A stretch of DNA of 24,519 bases from an uncultured virus (IMG/VR IMGVR_UViG_3300047322_001016) (taxonomy: Duplodnaviria > Heunggongvirae > Uroviricota > Caudoviricetes). Location of the stretch: IMG/VR virus record IMGVR_UViG_3300047322_001016. One strand, given 5' to 3'. Shown here piece by piece: positions 23,060 to 24,519 of the stretch. The first letter of the stretch is position 1; each line of letters begins with the position of its first letter. Below the pieces are notes generated by a model. That model ran no database searches. It was not told the DNA's origin and saw only the letters and a program-made list of their open reading frames with translations. Made by a program: the position numbers and the translations under genes.

Positions 23060-23439
23060 TCGTTGATCTCCCTTGCTCTAGCGATGAACTCGAACCCTTC
23101 TTCGTGCGTCAAATACCTGTCCGGCACGCATCCCCACAGGCACGGCATCGTTTCGACGACACCCCACAGGCGGCAGATCAGCGGCCTCGCCTGGTAGACG
23201 GTGCAGCGCTCCTGTTCTAGATACGGGCACGTCAACGAACTTCCCGCGTACCGTTCGCCGCCGGCGCGGCACATGTTCTGCCACTCGACCCGGCCCATCA
23301 TGATCGGGCCGCAGCTTTCCGCGCACTTCCCTGCACACTCGATCGTCGGCAGCTCCGCATACAACGCGGCGAGCTTTACGCGCCGCGATTTGTCGCCAGG
23401 CTGCGACTTCGGCCCGCGGATAGGAACGCGGGCCATCAT
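23056..23439 (-). CDS. YkgJ-family cysteine-cluster (putative Fe-S/Zn) protein
   Basis: C.G.C..SCG...CPYL...RCTVY.ARPLICRLWG. Confidence 0.85.
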   Translation of the reverse strand: MMARVPIRGPKSQPGDKSRRVKLAALYAELPTIECAGKCAESCGPIMMGRVEWQNMCRAGGERYAGSSLTCPYLEQERCTVYQARPLICRLWGVVETMPCLWGCVPDRYLTHEEGFEFIARAREINE

Positions 23440-23636
23440 GTCTGCGCTGCCTCCCACCTGTAATCCGCGCCCGGAAGCCAACACCGACCCGTCTCAGAGT
23501 CAGTGAGATAGAACCCGCGAGGGATCATCTTCGTGACGACTCCATGGGAGAACGCAGACTCGGCTTCCTCCCAGGTGTCGTACTGCGCTTCGACCCCGTC
23601 GGCCGTGCGGAGTTGGAATCTTCGGGTTCCACTCAT
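23436..23636 (-). CDS. Hypothetical protein (66 aa)
   Basis: ATGA-coupled at both ends. Confidence 0.55.
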   Translation of the reverse strand: MSGTRRFQLRTADGVEAQYDTWEEAESAFSHGVVTKMIPRGFYLTDSETGRCWLPGADYRWEAAQT

Positions 23637-24151
23637 GACGAGCCACCGAAGAACGCGACGTCCTCCCACTGCGTGAACTTCACGAACCGCGTCGGCTTCC
23701 CCGTCTCCTGCGCCAACGACCGGCACAACGCCACCATCGCCCTGATCACGTCCGGCGAGTCGCCCGTGTAAATGAACGGCTGCGGTGCGTCCGATATGAA
23801 CGGCAGCACAACAGCCGCGGGACCCCAGCCGCCGTCTTTCGGGCCGTGGTCCTGCAGCACCGTGTAACAGTGATCCGCGGGAACGTTCTGCGGCTCCGCC
23901 AAGCTGGGAATAAGCTCTTCGGCCGCGACTTCCCGCAGCATCGCCATCGTGTCCTTCATCGTCTCCTGGACGCCCTCCAGCACTTCGTGATCCTCGATCC
24001 CGAACATCTCCGCGGCGATCATGACCGCCGCGTCGAGCGAAAACGGAGCGTCGGATTCAGGGTCTTCTGTCAGCAGGTGGAACGTGACGGCGACCGCGGC
24101 CGCCACCCGGTCCCCGCCTGTCCTCGCCAGGTAATCCTCTTCCATGCTCAT
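23633..24151 (-). CDS. Hypothetical protein (172 aa)
   Basis: ATG at 24151 overlaps the upstream TGA. Confidence 0.7.
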   Translation of the reverse strand: MSMEEDYLARTGGDRVAAAVAVTFHLLTEDPESDAPFSLDAAVMIAAEMFGIEDHEVLEGVQETMKDTMAMLREVAAEELIPSLAEPQNVPADHCYTVLQDHGPKDGGWGPAAVVLPFISDAPQPFIYTGDSPDVIRAMVALCRSLAQETGKPTRFVKFTQWEDVAFFGGSS

Positions 24152-24366
24152 CCGATTTCGTCGTCTCCTTCCTCGAGCTCGGGTTTGTCCTGCAGCCAGC
24201 CGCCATGGCAGACCGGGCATTCTTCCGGCGACCACCAGGACTGCCCGTTTTCGCTTTCCCACCGGACTTCCATTCCGTCCTGATGCACGGAACAAGCCCG
24301 GTTCGCGCACCACACGACCTCGGTGCCCGTCTGGTAGCGGGCGAGCCAAACGTCATGCTGTGACAT
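24148..24366 (-). CDS. Small Zn-ribbon protein (72 aa)
   Basis: CANRAC...CPVC; GGAGG RBS. Confidence 0.65.
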   Translation of the reverse strand: MSQHDVWLARYQTGTEVVWCANRACSVHQDGMEVRWESENGQSWWSPEECPVCHGGWLQDKPELEEGDDEIG

Positions 24367-24517
24367 CCATGACCTCCAGAACTTCGGTGACGTCGATGGA
24401 CTCTACGCCTTCGACTTTGATCTGGTCGATGGCCTCGAGCAGTGCTTGCTCGGTCGTGTTGTCGTCGTCGGGTTCCGTCGTGATCGTGACGCCCAGACGG
24501 ACGGAAACGACCCGCTT
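24353..24517 (-). CDS. Hypothetical acidic protein (5' truncated by window)
   Basis: ...KRVVSVRLGVTITTEPDDDNTTEQALLEAIDQIKVEGVESIDVTEVLEVMDVTA-stop. Confidence 0.6.
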   Translation of the reverse strand, partial: KRVVSVRLGVTITTEPDDDNTTEQALLEAIDQIKVEGVESIDVTEVLEVMDVTA

Positions 24518-24519
24518 GT

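Larger units (their letters stand above)
1..24519 (-). mobile_element. Phage/prophage early-middle region (no boundaries in window)
   Basis: About 60 co-oriented short ORFs with 1-4 nt start/stop overlaps; RecT-like, HTH replication, G39P-like and Zn-finger genes; no housekeeping operon structure. Confidence 0.85.

Overview
High-GC, densely packed, entirely minus-strand gene run with many ATGA/GTGA overlaps. It looks like the early/middle (replication-recombination and accessory) region of a tailed phage or prophage, probably of an actinobacterial host. No structural genes, tRNAs or canonical CRISPR array are visible. Recognisable genes: RecT-like annealing protein, RtcB RNA ligase, J-domain/kinase-like protein, vWA protein, divergent adenylosuccinate synthetase, secreted collagen-like protein, HTH replication protein, two G39P-like helicase loader/inhibitors and many small Zn-finger ORFs. 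The standout is a 2.2-kb cassette at 12415-14626. It holds a ~1-kb non-coding array of about 184 (NN-GGY) pentamers cut into 16 segments by GGC-A-GGC punctuation, a stand-alone Cas7/RAMP-like gene, a coupled accessory gene and a second mini-array. If the variable dinucleotides are read as codon positions 1-2 with the wobble base skipped, several segments spell conserved phage protein motifs, e.g. D-V-A-R-F-G-T-D-E-T-V-I, a terminase large-subunit nuclease motif. This suggests an RNA-guided, gapped-code system against competing phages. At least two genes show apparent single-base indels, so sequencing error may affect fine details.
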